From: the human T2T-CHM13v2.0 reference genome, Homo sapiens
Length of the DNA stretch: 64,000 nt
Strand: one strand, 5' to 3'
Assembly: GCF_009914755.1 (NCBI RefSeq)
Contig: NC_060928.1
Shown: piece after piece, positions 31,009-43,261 of the stretch
Layout of the letters: each line of letters begins with the position of its first letter
Numbering within the stretch: position 1 is the first letter of the stretch
Notes under the pieces: model-generated
The model's database searches: none
Seen by the model: the letters and a program-made list of their open reading frames with translations, nothing else
What the model was told of the DNA's origin: nothing
Translations under genes and position numbers: made by a program

Positions 31009-32424
31009 GTAATTCTATCCTCAACGCCTGTGTTTCATTAAAAAACAATCTGATAAAATGATTACTCAAGTAGTAATTTACATTTAAGTATGATAATTGT
31101 GTGAAGAAAATATTACTTAGAACAATGGTACCTCTGAGGGTTTATGAAGAGGGGACAATTGGTTGTAGTAGACATAGCATCTGGACTTGAATTAGAAGGC
31201 TGGATACCGTTATTTATTAGTTACAGGTATAGTGGTATATACCATACTCTGTTTCCTTTTGTCTCAGCATATATAATGCTAATTACTGTTAGCACTAGAA
31301 ATGATTATCACTTGTGATACTAATAGTAATTTATAAGCTTGTGTATGGATTAAATAAATCAGAATCCACAATTTTACTGCCTGTGTAGGCTATAATGAAA
31401 TAACTATATTGAATTGACATAATTAAAAACCAAGAATGAAATTTCTAACTACTCTTTATTTGCATTTTTTAAATTCATGTTTCTTCTGCCAGTAGGGGTC
31501 AAGGTGAGGGTAAACATAATCACTCTAAGTAAATAGATGGGCAGTGGGAGGGTAAAGGAAAGGAGGTGTGGAGCAAAACACAGAGATGCAAGCTTGACAA
31601 GAAAAGTAATATTGATCACTCAGATCTTTGTATATGGTCTCTCAATCTTCACAAAAAAATTGTAAAAATGTATTTTGTTTCATTTTTATTAATAATTAAA
31701 ATGAGAATCAAAGAAATTAAGAAACTTGTCTAGTGCTATTTGGGATCTCCCAAGCTGAGGTTTGATGAATACACCTGTGTTTATGACACTGACCCATGAT
31801 GGTAATATTTCACTGTCATATTAAAACTGCAAACCCTGTTGTCTATTCCAATGCTTCTCAGAAGATAGAATCATTTGTTTTAAGACAACCTTATGAAGTT
31901 ATGAAGCTCTTCTAAACCAGGTATTCTGATATGAGGATTTTTAATTCATTTACATCTGAGTGACTGTGTGTAGAAAAGTATGCTTTACCCTGCATATATC
32001 AAACATTTACTCATAACCTTCATTTAATTAAGTCACTATGTATAGGGAGAAAATTGTTTCAATTACACATTCTAATGAGAATTCCAAACAAAATCAACTC
32101 ACTTAATCATGTTCAGAGGAAATCAGAGCTCATCAGGATATGCCAAAAGTCAGGCTCAGTGTATCCTCAGCAGAGTCCCGCAATGTGAAATATATGTTAG
32201 CATTTACCTAAAACATAATTCAGAGTTTTAATATAGAAAGTTTAAAGCATGTGATAATTTGAAATAAGTGCTAATATTAAGTACTTATTATAGTTTTTAA
32301 AATATGTGCTTACCTTGATATTATTTATTATCAATTTCACTAAACTTTTTAAACTGAAGCAATCATTGGATCTTCTCCTGGTTAGTTGACTCTTTATAGC
32401 AGAGGATCTTGATTGGTTCCCCCG

Positions 32425-32764
32425 AGTCACTTTCCTTTTCTTTGCACACAACTTGAGTACATTTTCCAGATATGTGTGATTATGTGACAAGTTGTTGCCA
32501 ATGCAGTGTGGATGAAAATGATTTGCACCGTTTCTGGGCCAAGGCTTTTAGGAGATAGCTATGTCTCCTTTCCCTCTTTCCACCATTCTATGGGCTCGAT
32601 GAAGATAATAATAAGCAATTATACTAGAAAAAGACAGCAGAGCCATCAAATGGTAGAATCCTGGGGCCTTGTATTATTTCCTGAAGAAGAGAAACCTGCT
32701 GATAGGGAACACCAGCTTCGAACTATTGTACAGCAATATGTTTACATTGTGTGAGATTTACTGC
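32425..32764 (+). mobile_element. Old MLT1 LTR fragment (resumes after 33414)
   Basis: ATGTGACAAGTTG..GCCAATG...TTCTGGGCCAAGGC motif. Confidence 0.5.
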
Positions 32765-33414
32765 TGTGAACAGATGTGAATATGAAAGAACAAATCCTTC
32801 AAAATGGATCCCAAGTAGCTAACTGGGTCTAAATTTGAAATGTTCTCTGAAAAGAATTTGGAGTAAGGAGATTTTATTCCAGTTAACAGTTTGAAAACTC
32901 AAGAAATGTAGCCTTTTGTGTAAAACAAAGTTATATTACAGAAAACAAAGGAATGTTTCATATTTTATAGCAAGACTTTCTGCCGAGGTTCCCAGTCAGG
33001 TCCATTTATGCAAATGAAGGATTCAAAAGAACTTAGTTCTGACAGTCACCAAGTGGCCATTTGCTGACGAGAGGTCACACATGTGCTCTGAGTTTCCTGA
33101 AAACTCATACTTCTTGTTCTGCTTTGGGAATACTAGCGCTCACCTGAAGCAACCAATCAGAGCTCATCTCACTTGACCAATCAAGTGTCAGCTGTATCAA
33201 CTAATTGGAACTGAGCAAGTTTGAATCCTTAATTGGTATAAATGGAACTGATTGGGAATCTGGACAGAAAGTTTTGCTGTAAAGTCTGAAACTTCCTTTG
33301 TTTTCTGGAACACAACTTTGGTTTACACCAAAGGCTTCATTTTCCAGATTTTCAAACTGTTCACTGGAATAAAGTCTCTGCTACAAATTTATTTTCGGAG
33401 AACATTTGTTCACA
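32765..33414 (+). mobile_element. ERV1 LTR (MER67-like) with an internal inverted duplication
   Basis: TGAAAGAACAAATCCTTCAAAATGGATCCC, tandem CCAATCA boxes, AATAAA at 33368, end TTGTTCACA; 32838-33042 is the reverse complement of 33205-33407. Confidence 0.75.
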
Positions 33415-34637
33415 TTATACATATTAGAGTTTGTTATATCAGTTTAACAGGTAATATTTTATCTAATGCTTCCCATACCTTCTTTCTGTGTGTTAAGAAC
33501 TGAAGATCTAACAGAAAATAGAGGGTTTAACATATTGGTCTCTAAGACTAAATTGTGTTGAAGCCTAGTTTACCACTCGATAGCTGAAAAATCATGGATA
33601 GTTTCTCAACTTTTCTGCTCCTCAATTTTATCATGAGCAATATGGAAAGAATAATAGTACCTATCTCTAGAATTTAAAGAAAGCTGATTTGTCTTGATAG
33701 TTGTAAAAGAAATATAAATGGAAATAATATGTTTAAAAATCTTTTAGAATATATTGAATATATAAAATCCAATCAATATATGGTAACAGTTATAACACTT
33801 GATTTTCATAAAATTAAAAACATCCTTCCAAGAAAGTTAATAAAACCAAACTTTGTATGGGGTTGGTGGAAGCTAGGATTTTTTTTTAATAATTCCTTTT
33901 CTTTTAGCTCTTATAATTGATAGTAAATCTGCTTATAAGGTAGACTGCAATATGCATATATTTGAAGAAGCCTGGTACACATTGCTTTATTTTTGCACAC
34001 AGCCTGAAGCAGATTATTAATTTTAGCTTTTTGTTTGAGTACTAAAACTTTTCCTATCTAGTTAGAGAGAGATGTTTGCTCAGTTAATGCAGCAAAGGGA
34101 TGAAGGTAAGAATGTGTGACAGTTAGTTCACTCTAATTTATTTATTGATTGATGGACATATTCACTCAATATTGACCTCAGCTCCTATATTAGGGCTTAC
34201 ATTAGGTGAACACCCACTGTCTCAGGGCTCCAAGTGGGTGTTTGAAATCACTTGTCTAGATATATAAAAGAGAATAGGATAGACTCACCACTTTCTTGGA
34301 CACATTTTACTGCCTAAATGGTTCATTTACATTGGTCAATGATGCATTACTTCTCACCCCTAAGCTTTTCTCAAGCTGTGTTTTACATCTAAAGTATGCC
34401 TTTTTCTCCATAATCTCTTAAGTTGTCTTTTTTTTTGCTAGCATTGTTTATAAAATCTCATTTTCTCCAAGAAATCTCTCTTGAAGCTTAGAGAAACAAA
34501 ATTGGGGTAATATTTTCTAGGAAAATATGCACAAGTCTATAGTTCTATATTCCATGATTTGTATTTAATATATAAATATCGATATATATTCTTTGTTTTC
34601 AGAATGGGTATATTATGTTCATCTGTGTTAGGTTGGA

Positions 34638-35003
34638 TCAGTGTTTAAATTTTATTACTGAGATAAACAAAGAGTTATTAGCAGCTTTTAAAACTTGCTG
34701 TATAATTTGTCATATTTCATTGTACTCCTTATTGACAAATATGTCCAAGATTATATTGGGAGATGCCATTTTCTATATCTTATCGCCAGATTTGGGAATG
34801 ATACTTATTACAATTTTAAGCATTTCAAGAAATAGTAGCACTGCTTTTTAACTAGGCTGAAGTATTTTGTTTTTCTTTTGTATCACTTTCTGGACGTTTG
34901 TAAATTCACAGGTTGTCTTCCTCAAATCACAAAATGCCTGTCTTCTCTTTCAATTGGGAGGTCATATTGGACCCTCTTGTCAGACATTGATTTAATTCTG
35001 GAG
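34638..35003 (-). pseudogene. Fossil exon Q (probable last coding exon)
   Basis: ttcacatag|CT-PELNQCLTRGSNMTSQLKEKTGIL*FEEDNL*IYKRPESDTKEK(fs)KAVLLFLEMLKIVISIIPKSGDKI*...QIIQQVLKAANNSLFISVIKFKH*; phase-1 entry. Confidence 0.6.
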
Positions 35004-35575
35004 CTATGTGAATAGTGCCTGAGTTAGTGGTATAGCTGAGTATCATGCAAATATGGATGAAGTCTATTAAATCAATGTCATTTTATACATGGAAATAAAC
35101 AAATAGTTGTAAATGATATGGAATATTAAAAGATCTTTCTAAAGTGTAAACCAATGTTCATGCTTTTCAATTGTCTTGCTAAAAAACATTGCTTCTTTAG
35201 CAAGATGTAATATACCATGATGGAAAATAGTGTGTGCTGGAAATAAAGAAAATAACAAATTTTGGGTCTTGGTTTAGGTTATCAGTTACCTAGTCTTAAA
35301 CAAATGATATATCCCCAGTGAAATTTAGCTTTTTAAAATCAGTAAAGTAAGAAGAATAAGTCTTGTTTACCATGAAATTTGATGTGAAAATTAGGTAATA
35401 TTTCACTGGACTTATAAAGGACTTCCTTTTTCAAGAAACAATAAGAAAATGACCTGAAATAGTATAAGTTTTTATTCATAAGTAAAATGATTGCTAATTC
35501 ACTTTACAATAGTCTACTTTTATTAATGGAGATACTTGCATATTAAGACTTACAATCATATTAATAATTGCTCAC

Positions 35576-35996
35576 CTACACATGACATTTGGCAAGGAAT
35601 CAAAGTCTTCATGTACCACATAAAATGTTTATTACAGCAAAGTAAACCAGCTGTGTGCCTTTGATCACTACATCAATATCTAGATCTTTTAGCTTCTATT
35701 TCTGTTCCATTCTGCCAGTCAAGGCTCTTTATAAAAATACGAAGGAAAATGAACAGCTAGTAACACATTTGATATGCCACTCTGATGAACTTCAGAATGC
35801 TTAACATCATCTTGTTTAATTTCATGTTTCAAAAAGCTTCTCAATTGCAGGATCAATTACTTTCAATCTCCACATCAATCAGTCCAGATGGTTCTCATTA
35901 TTTGCTAAGGATAGCTGCAAATTGAAATTTTTGAACCCATGATGCATATTGTGTTAATCCTTGATATGGAAGGTTCCTTCTGCAGAATAAGTGGAG
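35576..35996 (-). pseudogene. Fossil exon P (needs at least one frameshift)
   Basis: cctttttcag| ... HEIKQDDVKHSEVHQSGISNVLLAVHFPSYFYKEP ... YMKTLIPCQMSCV-G|gtgagc (strong donor). Confidence 0.6.
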
Positions 35997-36594
35997 CTGA
36001 AAAAGGTGTGTTTACATTCACAAACTGAATATTATTTAAGGAATAAAAGAGACTCTTTAAAGTGTTAAACCCAGATGAACACTGAAAAATACAGTCTTCA
36101 GAAAAACAAATCATTTCACTTCTGTATTCATTGCTGAAATAAGAACATCATTTCATTTCTAATTCTAATTTGAATTTTGATTTAAGGTTAAAAACACTTT
36201 AGGATTGTTTTGTATTGCAGAATAATCTATAACTTGTTCTGTAAACACTTTGTTGCTAGGCTAAAACTGTGAGTTATATTTCTTTGTGTATGATGCTATC
36301 CCTTTATTGTAAATTTTTCTTGAACTCACAGATAGGATATATTTTAATTTGAATAATTTAAGAAGTAATGTCACCAATATGAATAGAACAATAATTTCAC
36401 TTTTGTTAGTAATTTAATTAAGAAGGTAATTTTTAGCAATATCCATTTCTATTTGGTTGTGTTTTTATCTATTTCAATTATTTTCTATGTTGGAAATATA
36501 ATTTTTATACAGGCATCATATCTTTTACTTAAAATTTTTAATGTTTAATGAATTTGGAGGGAGGGTCAACTTCCATTCTTATGTTTATTTATAC

Positions 36595-37095
36595 ATTTAA
36601 TGGGAAAGGAGTCCTATTCCCCTGAATGTTCAAACAAGCAATGGAAATTCGCAAGAGAGAAATAATCTAAAATCTTCAACACATTGTATTGAAATTCCTT
36701 CTTTGCTTCTGTTTTTTCACTAGATCTTGAGCTCTTGAAGATGCATTGCCCATGGATGCTCTTCATTAATTTAAACAATGTTTCCTGGGGAAGTTATTCT
36801 GTGAATATGCCTGTAGGATTTAACTGGTCTTTGAATTATGGATACTATTTAGAGAGCTGGAGAGGAGAGTGAAGGACATTATATAGGTGGGCAAACATCT
36901 TGAAATTTTGAAATTTTTGTGTAGTTATTTTACATGTAACTGCCTGGGCATGACCAACAGGTATAAGAATAGAATCTGTTGGTTGCAAAAACTGTACATT
37001 TTTAGGTAATGTCCAGCATATACCAACAGATGCTATTGAAGATCTCCTCCTAAGAGTCATAACTGTGAACATAATTCATCCATGGGCATTATAGA
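36595..37095 (-). pseudogene. Fossil exon O
   Basis: ttatag|TC-YNAHG*IMFTVMTLRRRSSIASVGICWTLPKNVQF...LPQETLFKLMKSIHGQCIFKSSRSSEKTEAKKEFQYNVLKILDYFSLANFHCLFEHSGE*; 501 nt in one frame with 5 stops; phase 1 to 1. Confidence 0.7.
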
Positions 37096-37284
37096 CTATA
37101 ACTGACTGGTTGATTTAGGAAGGAATGTACCTAGCATTTGGAAAAATGTGAATAGATCAGCCTGATCAATGTGGAGGGTTATTCTAGAAAATAGAAAAAC
37201 AGGGTTACGCTAAGTAATGTGGTGATTTAAAAAGATAGATCTGGGGTGATAGAATATTAGATATAACAAAGGCAATCCCTTTAC

Positions 37285-37433
37285 CTTTATCAAGTTTTTC
37301 CTGTCACTTGTGCTAATGTCTATCGAATTGTATGTGACCAAGAGTACCGAAATGTACCCTCATTATGGCAAATGCTTCTTCAGAAACATTATAACTAAGA
37401 TAACTTTTCCAATAGAGTGCAAAATGTCCATCT
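37285..37433 (-). pseudogene. Fossil exon N
   Basis: cctttctag|A-DGHFALYWKSYLSYNVSEEAFAIMRVHFGTLGHIQFDRH*HK*QEKLDK-G|gtaaag; phase 2 to 1. Confidence 0.75.
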
Positions 37434-37644
37434 CTAGAAAGGTTTACTCAGAGAATTCTGGCAATGCAATGCCACAATACATGTAGTGTTATGATCTTTA
37501 GTTTGATTTCTCCTTCCCTTAACCCTGAATAGGACTCTATATTCAAGGAAGTTGAATGGAGAGGGAATTTGAGAAGTCAGGCTGTGTTTGTTAAAAGGGT
37601 TTTATGATGTCTTCTTTTTGAGTAAATACACCTGCTATTGTTAG

Positions 37645-37958
37645 TTCCTTCCTTCCTTCCTTCTTTCCTTCCTTCCAACTGCTTCACTCCCTCCTTCCCT
37701 CCCTCCCTTCTTTCCTTCTTTCCTTCTTTCCTTCCTTCCAACTGCTTCCCTCCCTCCCTTCTTTCCTTCTTTCCTTCTTCCCTCCCTCCCTCCCTCCCTC
37801 CCTTCCTTCCTTCCTTCCTTCTCTGTCTCCTTCCCTCCCTCCCTTCTTTCCTTCTTTCCTTCTTCCCTCCCTCCCTCCCTCCCTCCCTCCCTTCCTTCCT
37901 TCATTCCTTCTTTCCTTCCTTCTTTGTCTCCTTCCCTACCTCCCTTCTTTCCTTCCAT
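37645..37958. repeat. Polypyrimidine (CCTT/CCCT)n compound microsatellite
   Basis: ~310 bp almost entirely C/T, including a duplicated CTTCCTTCCAACTGCTTC block. Confidence 0.95.
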
Positions 37959-37999
37959 CCAGAATTATTTTTGAGAAACCCTGTGATGTGTTGATTGGG

Positions 38000-38195
38000 A
38001 GCACATCCTCTGGAGCTGGTTGCTAGGATTAAAATTGTAACCCTTCCTCATATTAGCTATATGACCTTGAGCGAGCTACTAGGCTATAAGTTAGTAATAA
38101 TAATGGCATCAATATGATCCTACTATAGATTGAATTGTATGAGTTAATGTGTGTGAAGCATCTTTATATGGTAAGAATTAGATAAAATATAGTTA
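38000..38195 (+). mobile_element. MIR fragment
   Basis: TATTAGCTATATGACCTTGAGC...AATAATAATGG...GAGTTAATGTGTGTGAAGCA. Confidence 0.55.
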
Positions 38196-38224
38196 CTACT
38201 GTTTTATTTATTGAACACCTAACA

Positions 38225-39022
38225 TTTTTTAGCTTTTTATTTTGAAAATATCATAGATCCATAGGAAGTTTTAAATACAGAGAGGTCTCATGTGCCATTC
38301 TACACAGTTTCTTCCAATAGTTACATCTTGTATAATTTAGTACAATATCAAGACCAGGCATCGATACTGGTACAATATGAATGTGTAGGTCTATGTCAAT
38401 TTTATCACATGTATTGGTTAATGTGACCATTATTGCAATTAAGTTACAGAACTCTTCCATCACTAAAAATATCTTCCTCACATTTTATAGTCACATACAT
38501 CTCATATTTCCCTACCATCACTAACCTCTGGAAATCGCTAACCTGTTTTCTATATGTACATTATTTTATTAAAGTTATATACATGAAATAATATATTATG
38601 TGACCTTTTGATATTGGCTTTTTTTTCACTAAGCATAGTGTCCTTCAGATCTATGCAAGTTATTGAATGTGTCAAAAATATATTCTTTTTATTTCTGGAT
38701 AGTATTTCACCATATGGATATACCACAGTTTAACCATTCATCTGTCCAACATTTTGTATGTTTCCAGTTTTCCTCTATTAGAATTAAAGGTGCTATGAAA
38801 GATAATGTACAGGTTTTCATTTCTCTGAGATAAATTTCCAGGAGTGCAATTGCTGGGTCATATTGTAAATATATGTTTAGTTTTTAAAGAAACTGATAAG
38901 TTATGTCCAGAGTATTATACCATTTTACAATTCTAACAATGTCTGAATGATACAGTTTCTTCATCTTTGCCAGCATTTGTTGTCACTAATTTTTATGCTT
39001 AGTTGTTTTAATAGGTGTGTAG
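38225..39022 (-). mobile_element. L1MD/L1MC 3' fragment inserted in an L2
   Basis: TTTATTTTGAAAATATCATAGATCCATAGGAAG...GGAGTGCAATTGCTGGGTCATA...GTTTTAATAGGTGTGTAG. Confidence 0.75.
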
Positions 39023-39029
39023 TTACCTA

Positions 39030-39930
39030 GTAGTTTGATAAGAGCTGAGGATACAAATTTGAATATGGTCTTGACCTGAGGGAGAAACAAGAAACAAGAA
39101 ATTGAACAAATAGAAAACAATAATTAAATATTACAATAAAAATAAACAAAGTGAGGAGACTGCTCGTACCCAGGGAAGGAACTTTAATTAAGATATTTCA
39201 GAAAACTTCTTAGCTGAGATTTCAAAGAACAATGATCTAATTGTACAAAAAGCCACAGAAAGTTTATTTTAGAAAGAAAGAGCAACAAGCACAAAATTCT
39301 AGAGGACAAAAAAGGGTTGGCGTATACAAAGATTGGGGAAATAATTAAAAATGTTTTGGGTGTGATAGGAAAAGAAGTGATGTGTTTGACATGTGGTTGG
39401 AGAGGCAGGCAGAAAACATCAAGCCAGGATCTATGGTCATTAAAAAGGAGTTGGAAAATTTTCCTTATATTAGCAGTGGAAAGACAATCAAGGAGTTAAA
39501 GCAGAAGGTAGTGAATAAAGAGTCAAGATCTTGTGTGCTTTAAAAAAAAATCACTGTGACTACTGTGAAAATAGAGCATTTAGGGAGGAGATGACAAGTG
39601 GGGAGGCAGATTTGCGATGCATTGTGATATTCTGACAGAGAGATGGGTGTGGCTTTGAGAAGTATTCACAGAAGAAATGGAAATCTTGGAAATGGAGAGT
39701 GATGGGGAAAAAAAAGAACCTAGGTTGACCTCTAGGTTTTGGACATGAGTCACGCAGGCACAGTGTAGTGCCATTTATTGAGATGAGAAAATCTGTTGAA
39801 GGAATTTTGTTTTGCTTTGTTTCAGTGTGAACATGTGCAGCAGTGAGCTTGAATTCAGACATACTAAATTTGAGTTTTCTGTTAAATACCCAGGAGATTT
39901 CAAATAGGAGATTGGACATATTAGCTGAAA
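39030..39930 (-). mobile_element. L2 fragment
   Basis: Minus-strand ORF ...EISWVFNRKLKFSMSEFKL resembles L2 ORF2 DISxWMSNRHLKLNMSKTEL. Confidence 0.75.
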
Positions 39931-40413
39931 TATTGCATCTGCATATCTCTTTTTTCAACTGATCTTAGATGAATAGATAAATAAGACAAACAAGTTGAAG
40001 TCCAGTGGAAAGAATATTCCATTAAACTAAGAACTATTTGGGCTTATATTGTGATATTTTGCCCTTTCTTATCTCTGTGACTAGAATAAATAATAATAAT
40101 CAGAGATGCAGTTTTCTCATCTGTGCAATAGTAATATCTATTAGATATGCATAGTGTGGAAAATTAGGTAAACTTATTCATACAAAGTAACTCTGACATT
40201 GAAGGTTCTAAAATTAACATCATTTAGAATTCTAAATAAATATGAATTGTCTTCCATCTAGTTTTCCCATTTTGAATACATAAGGAAACACAGAAAGAAA
40301 CCTTATATCCATTTGTCTATCCTATAATGTTTGCACATTATAGGGTATAACCTCAGGGTATAAATACAACTTTTTATAATTCCTGTAGACTGATACTCTT
40401 AGGCCAATATTAC

Positions 40414-40562
40414 TTATCTTGAAAAGTGGGGTATTGAGGTATTTTACTTGGTCGTAAGCCACAAACCCATTTTACATATGTGATGTTATGTTTTGATATT
40501 GTAAAAAAAAAGAAGTTTTGAAATGTCCCCTTTCTTTGAGTGCAATCCCAATCGTTTCCTTT
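40414..40562 (-). pseudogene. Fossil exon M, fully open
   Basis: ttcag|KGNDWDCTQRKGTFQNFFFFTISKHNITYVKWVCGLRPSKIPQYPTFQD-AA|gtaata; 149 nt, phase 0 to 2. Confidence 0.75.
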
Positions 40563-40928
40563 CTGAATTTTAAATATAAGAAACCTAAAAATAACTTGCT
40601 CACAAGTCTAGAAGCAGGCAAAATATCACCCACAAACCTGATTTATAATACTATGTTAAACTGACTTAAGGTTTTAGACATTTATAAACATATTTTAATC
40701 TATTCCCCTTTTGCAAGGATATGTAAATATCATATACTCCAGGAGGTATAATTTTTGTAGTTATTGTAGTGCTTTTGTAATGAAGAACATAGTCTATTTT
40801 CACAGTGATAGAGAATTGAGTTGAGTTCTCTTGACTCTGGATGGATTTGTCTATTTTTTAAGGTGCTACTTAAACAATGTATAGGAGAAAATAAAAATAA
40901 TCTCTTTCATAAATTAAAAATAATTTAC

Positions 40929-41064
40929 ATTTCAGCATTCTGAAAGCACAGAGGATTCAACAAAAATGGTAGTTTAGAACCAAATTCAATGAAGAAACAT
41001 CAGCTTGAGAACAGACTCTCTGAGGAATGTTTTCTTTTCTGATGAATCTGATTGATTTGATGTC
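40929..41064 (-). pseudogene. Fossil exon L
   Basis: ttataag|G-TSNQSDSSEKKTFLRESVLKLMFLH*IWF*TTIFVESSVLSEC*N|gtaaat; phase 2 to 0. Confidence 0.65.
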
Positions 41065-42248
41065 CTTATAAATGCATGAGACCCCCTTTGATTTTTGACT
41101 CTTTTTATAGTTAACAGTTTCAGTTTGCTAATACACAAGACCTCATGCCTTTTCATCCAGAAAATACAGAACATTTTCTATTATGTAGGAGTATTATGTT
41201 TGAAGGAATATGTTTGCTTCAATTATGTGTGCTATGGTACAGAAAGCAAAACCACCTCCCTGTAGGTCTAAATACAAGGGGTTTTCAATGTATTTGGGTT
41301 AAGTCATAAGGTTATAGCTCGCTAAGATTTTTAAAAGTTGCATTATTAAACGTGAATCTTCTGTAACAAGTACAGCATATCTTGTATAAAACAGTGTAAT
41401 ATTATCTTCTAAGTATGGGATGGTTTTGGTCACCCATACTTAAAAAAAGACTTTGAGGAAACAATTCATCTTTTTCCTATGAAGCAATTTTTGTTAATTG
41501 ACATAATTCTTCAGCAGTCAAGATATTATTGTCATTAGGCAGTCCTTTCCTTTATTTTCAAGCCCAAGAAGTTAGTAGAGGTTTGTATGCTAAGCACCAC
41601 TCCCCAGAAAATAAAAAGGGAAAACTTTAAGTATTTGGCATCATCCAAAATCAGGTGTTATGGTGGTGTGCTTAAGTTTTGATGTTATGTATTAATTACT
41701 TTTCCCTTATTACTACCTCCTCTGAATTCTTGAGCTTGTCAGTAGTCAAGAACATTTTAGCCTAAACCATTTTTTCACATTCAGAACTAAAGGTCTGGGT
41801 AATTTGGGAATTAATACTCTATAACCTGTGATGGGGTGGGGTGAGCTGTTCATTAGCATCTCTTGTGAGGTCTCTCCATTTTCATAAAGAGGCATGAGAA
41901 AATTTTCAGAATTACCTGAGGGTAGAAGCAAAGCAACACTCAGTTATAGTCAATGTTATCAACCTACTGAACTTGATATAAAAGACTTTTTGGGCACCTT
42001 ACTGCCTATTAAAAAACAGTAAAGTGTAAAAGATAGTTCTTTAGACAAATTGGGCCATGGAAATGCCAAGTCGTTAGTTTTGGTGTCTGTAATGCCTCAC
42101 AAAGTAATAAACTTTTATGAATAATTTGCTAAGAAATTAGCCATAATGGCAGGTAGTTTATTTATATACATTGATGAAATCTATATTATCCTATGTACAT
42201 GTTATTATACAAACATTTGTTTGGGTTTTTCTCAGTCATTTTCCATAC

Positions 42249-42415
42249 CGTAATTCCAGCTCAGCCCACTCCACTTGCAATTGCTTGCTCTCATCTTCTA
42301 ACTCCTGTTTATTCTTCTCAATTTCTGCTTTAATGGCTTCATTTAACCTGCTCCTCCATATCCTGTATGTTTTTTTGCTCACAGCTTTTTTCCTTCTTCC
42401 TGTTGGAAAACTTTG
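42249..42415 (-). pseudogene. Fossil exon K (coiled coil), fully open
   Basis: ttattttag|QSFPTGRRKKAVSKKTYRIWRSRLNEAIKAEIEKNKQELEDESKQLQVEWAELEL-CG|gtatgg; 167 nt, phase 0 to 2. Confidence 0.8.
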
Positions 42416-42934
42416 CTAAATAACCTGTATTAATATTTTAGCCTCATTTGACTTTAAGATTATCTCATAAATGTTCTCTTGGATATCCTGTATAAATGGT
42501 AGTTAATATTTCTGAGCACCAACTTCCCTTACTCCAGCTCTCAGACTTCTTCTCATTATTATGACAATTGAAGGATTTTAAAAATCCTGTCTTAGGAGAA
42601 GTGGCCCCAAATTTGCCACAGATCTATGATGTTTTAATTAATAGTGACTTCTGAATGATCTAGAAAATAATGGTAAACCATGTACATATATTTCTGTGTG
42701 TGCATTTTATAGATTTTTTGTCTTTGTATGAAGAAATTTACTGAATATCCAAATAAGCATTATTTCTATATAAATGAGGTATGTGGGTTAAAATCTAGTG
42801 AACAAAATAAAACTATACATTCATGATTTGGAAACCTTTTAACAAGATTCTTGAAGAATTATTCAATTGTTAATTGTTTCTGCCTTATCTACCAAAATGA
42901 CTAATATTTGGACTGAAAATAATAAAAAGAAAAC

Positions 42935-43220
42935 CTCAGTAAGGGAAAGTGGAATTTCTGTAGGTGGTAACTCTGGAACATCCCACAGAGAGAGTGAGTC
43001 AGAATAAAATAATGACAGCAGAAATTTCCTTGTTAGCACATATTCAGCCTGGCTTTAGGGAAAATGTGCCTCTCTCTTGCTGCTTTGTTTCTTATTTCTT
43101 TTACTATGTCAATTATCACGTTAGAGGAACTGCTACTAGTTCTAGTACCATGGCTGTCATAGATGTGACCATCATATTCCATTTAGTTTCTTCCTCAGGT
43201 TCCATAACAATTCTTTGAAA
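42935..43220 (-). pseudogene. Fossil exon J
   Basis: ttcag|...MEYDGHIYDSHGTRTSSSSSNVIIDIVKEIRNKAARERHIFPKA(fs)AEYVLTRKFLLSLFYSDSLSLWDVPELPPTEIPLSLTE|gttttc; phase 1 to 0. Confidence 0.65.
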
Positions 43221-43224
43221 CTGA

Positions 43225-43229
<5 letters not shown>

Positions 43230-43260
<31 letters not shown>
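43230..43260. repeat. (TG)n microsatellite
   Basis: About 15 TG units, directly adjacent to the exon J acceptor. Confidence 0.95.

Positions 43261-43261
<1 letters not shown>

Noticed and set aside
35627-35632. Minus-strand AATAAA suggesting exon P is terminal
   Set aside because: A strong GTGAGC donor at 35575 and the phase-compatible exon Q follow.
37638-37994. 118-aa and 105-aa ORFs
   Set aside because: Translations of the (CCTT)n microsatellite.
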